Shown: in pieces, positions 38,479-39,049 of the stretch
Layout: every line of letters begins with the position of its first letter
Position numbering within the stretch: position 1 is the first letter of the stretch
DNA from: a virus
IMG/VR virus record: IMGVR_UViG_3300005260_000003
Location: 1-39,049 of that record
Strand: one strand, 5' to 3'
DNA length: 39,049 bases
Made by a program: the position numbers and the translations under genes
The notes under the pieces: generated by a model
What the model was told of the DNA's origin: nothing
Seen by the model: only the letters and a program-made list of their open reading frames with translations
The model's database searches: none

Positions 38479-39049
38479 TCATCCTCCGACACCACGGGCC
38501 TTCGGGTGCAGTCCTGCCGCCTCTTCCTCTTGTTGCAGTAGTTTCTGTACCTGTCTCAATTCGTCTTGGTACTTGGCGGGGTCGATCAGGGCGCGCGCTT
38601 CGAGTTCGGTCGCTTGCGCGCGTAGACGGCGGACATTGGTGGGCAGGGCTGCGTCGGGAATCTCCTCGGGCGGCGATGGCGCGCCAGCGGTATTCATGGC
38701 GCGAATCCAGGCGACATAATCGCGCGGCAGGTAATCGACGTTCAGGGCGAGGCCGGGCTGAATGCGTCCGGTCTTCATGCGGGCGCGGACGAAGGCGACA
38801 TAATCGCGCGGTTTATAGAGCGTGTTGAGTTCGCGTTCGAGGTAGGCGTGAACTTTCTCGAGGGCTTCGCTGCGCAGCGGCTGGTGTGGGAAGACGTGTT
38901 GTAGTTCGCGCAGGGCCTGGCCGCTGGTCGCGGCGATCGCGGGCTCGCTCTCGGGTTCTTCGCTCGGCTCGGGCTCTGGTTCGGATTCGGTCTCGGCGGG
39001 GGTGTCTTCTTGGGGAGGGGGTTCTGGGTTGCTGGCCGCGTCTAGCGAG
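38479..39049 (-). CDS. replication-initiator-like protein, 3' part (continues from 1..878 through the terminal repeat)
   Basis: The frame is open from the window end to the stop at 38479. Very acidic PE-rich linker, then two YxPRDYVA(F/W)(V/I)RA repeats and a coiled coil. The track lists only the last 99 codons. Confidence 0.8.
   Translation of the reverse strand, partial: SLDAASNPEPPPQEDTPAETESEPEPEPSEEPESEPAIAATSGQALRELQHVFPHQPLRSEALEKVHAYLERELNTLYKPRDYVAFVRARMKTGRIQPGLALNVDYLPRDYVAWIRAMNTAGAPSPPEEIPDAALPTNVRRLRAQATELEARALIDPAKYQDELRQVQKLLQQEEEAAGLHPKARGVGG
38951..39049. repeat. terminal direct repeat, right copy (identical to 1-99)
   Basis: Exact 99-nt duplication of the window start. 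Confidence 0.97.

Noticed and set aside
1-39049. CRISPR arrays, rRNA, tRNA genes
   Set aside because: No regularly spaced direct repeats, no rRNA-like segments and no tRNA T-loop consensus were seen on reading both strands. tRNAscan or Infernal should still be run.

Overview
The window is a complete, circularly permuted phage genome of about 38.95 kb. It is GC-rich, temperate and P22-like (podovirus type). Bases 1-99 recur exactly at 38951-39049. A 449-codon minus-strand ORF is cut by this artificial linearisation: its 5' part is 1..878 and its 3' part is 38479..39049.

Layout:
- 880-1593: long divergent control region.
- 1594-3849: rightward early genes plus three leftward membrane genes, ending in a NusG/RfaH-like factor.
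- 4107-28485: one long plus-strand late block. In order: ParB-amino-methyltransferase fusion, TerS, three membrane/coiled-coil genes, TerL, portal, scaffold, P22-type coat, head-completion/hub proteins, tail fibre, GNAT plus 2OG-oxygenase-like pair, three ejection proteins, pectate-lyase-fold tailspike, O-acyltransferase.
- 28592-29553: small leftward accessory cluster that includes a DUF29 gene.
- 29732-31463: recombination module with a Cas4-like PD-(D/E)XK nuclease.
- 31627-32614: T5orf172/GIY-YIG-like gene and a minimal tyrosine integrase.
- 33208-33777: phage sigma factor.
- 33978 to the wrap-around: leftward early operon (HTH proteins, Dcm methylase, replication-initiator-like gene).

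Most notable observations:
1. The major capsid gene appears to be interrupted 22 codons before its end by a compact 254-nt ORF-less group I intron. P1, P10 and core helices can be drawn by hand. A free-standing antisense HNH endonuclease gene abuts exon 2.
2. The Dcm gene contains a fully nested 231-codon ORF in another frame that also carries methyltransferase-type motifs.
3. TerL is split by a 1-nt frame change.
4. The phage encodes both a NusG paralog and a sigma factor.

No tRNA, rRNA or CRISPR array was seen. All family assignments rest on motifs read by eye and recalled from memory. None has been checked by a database search.
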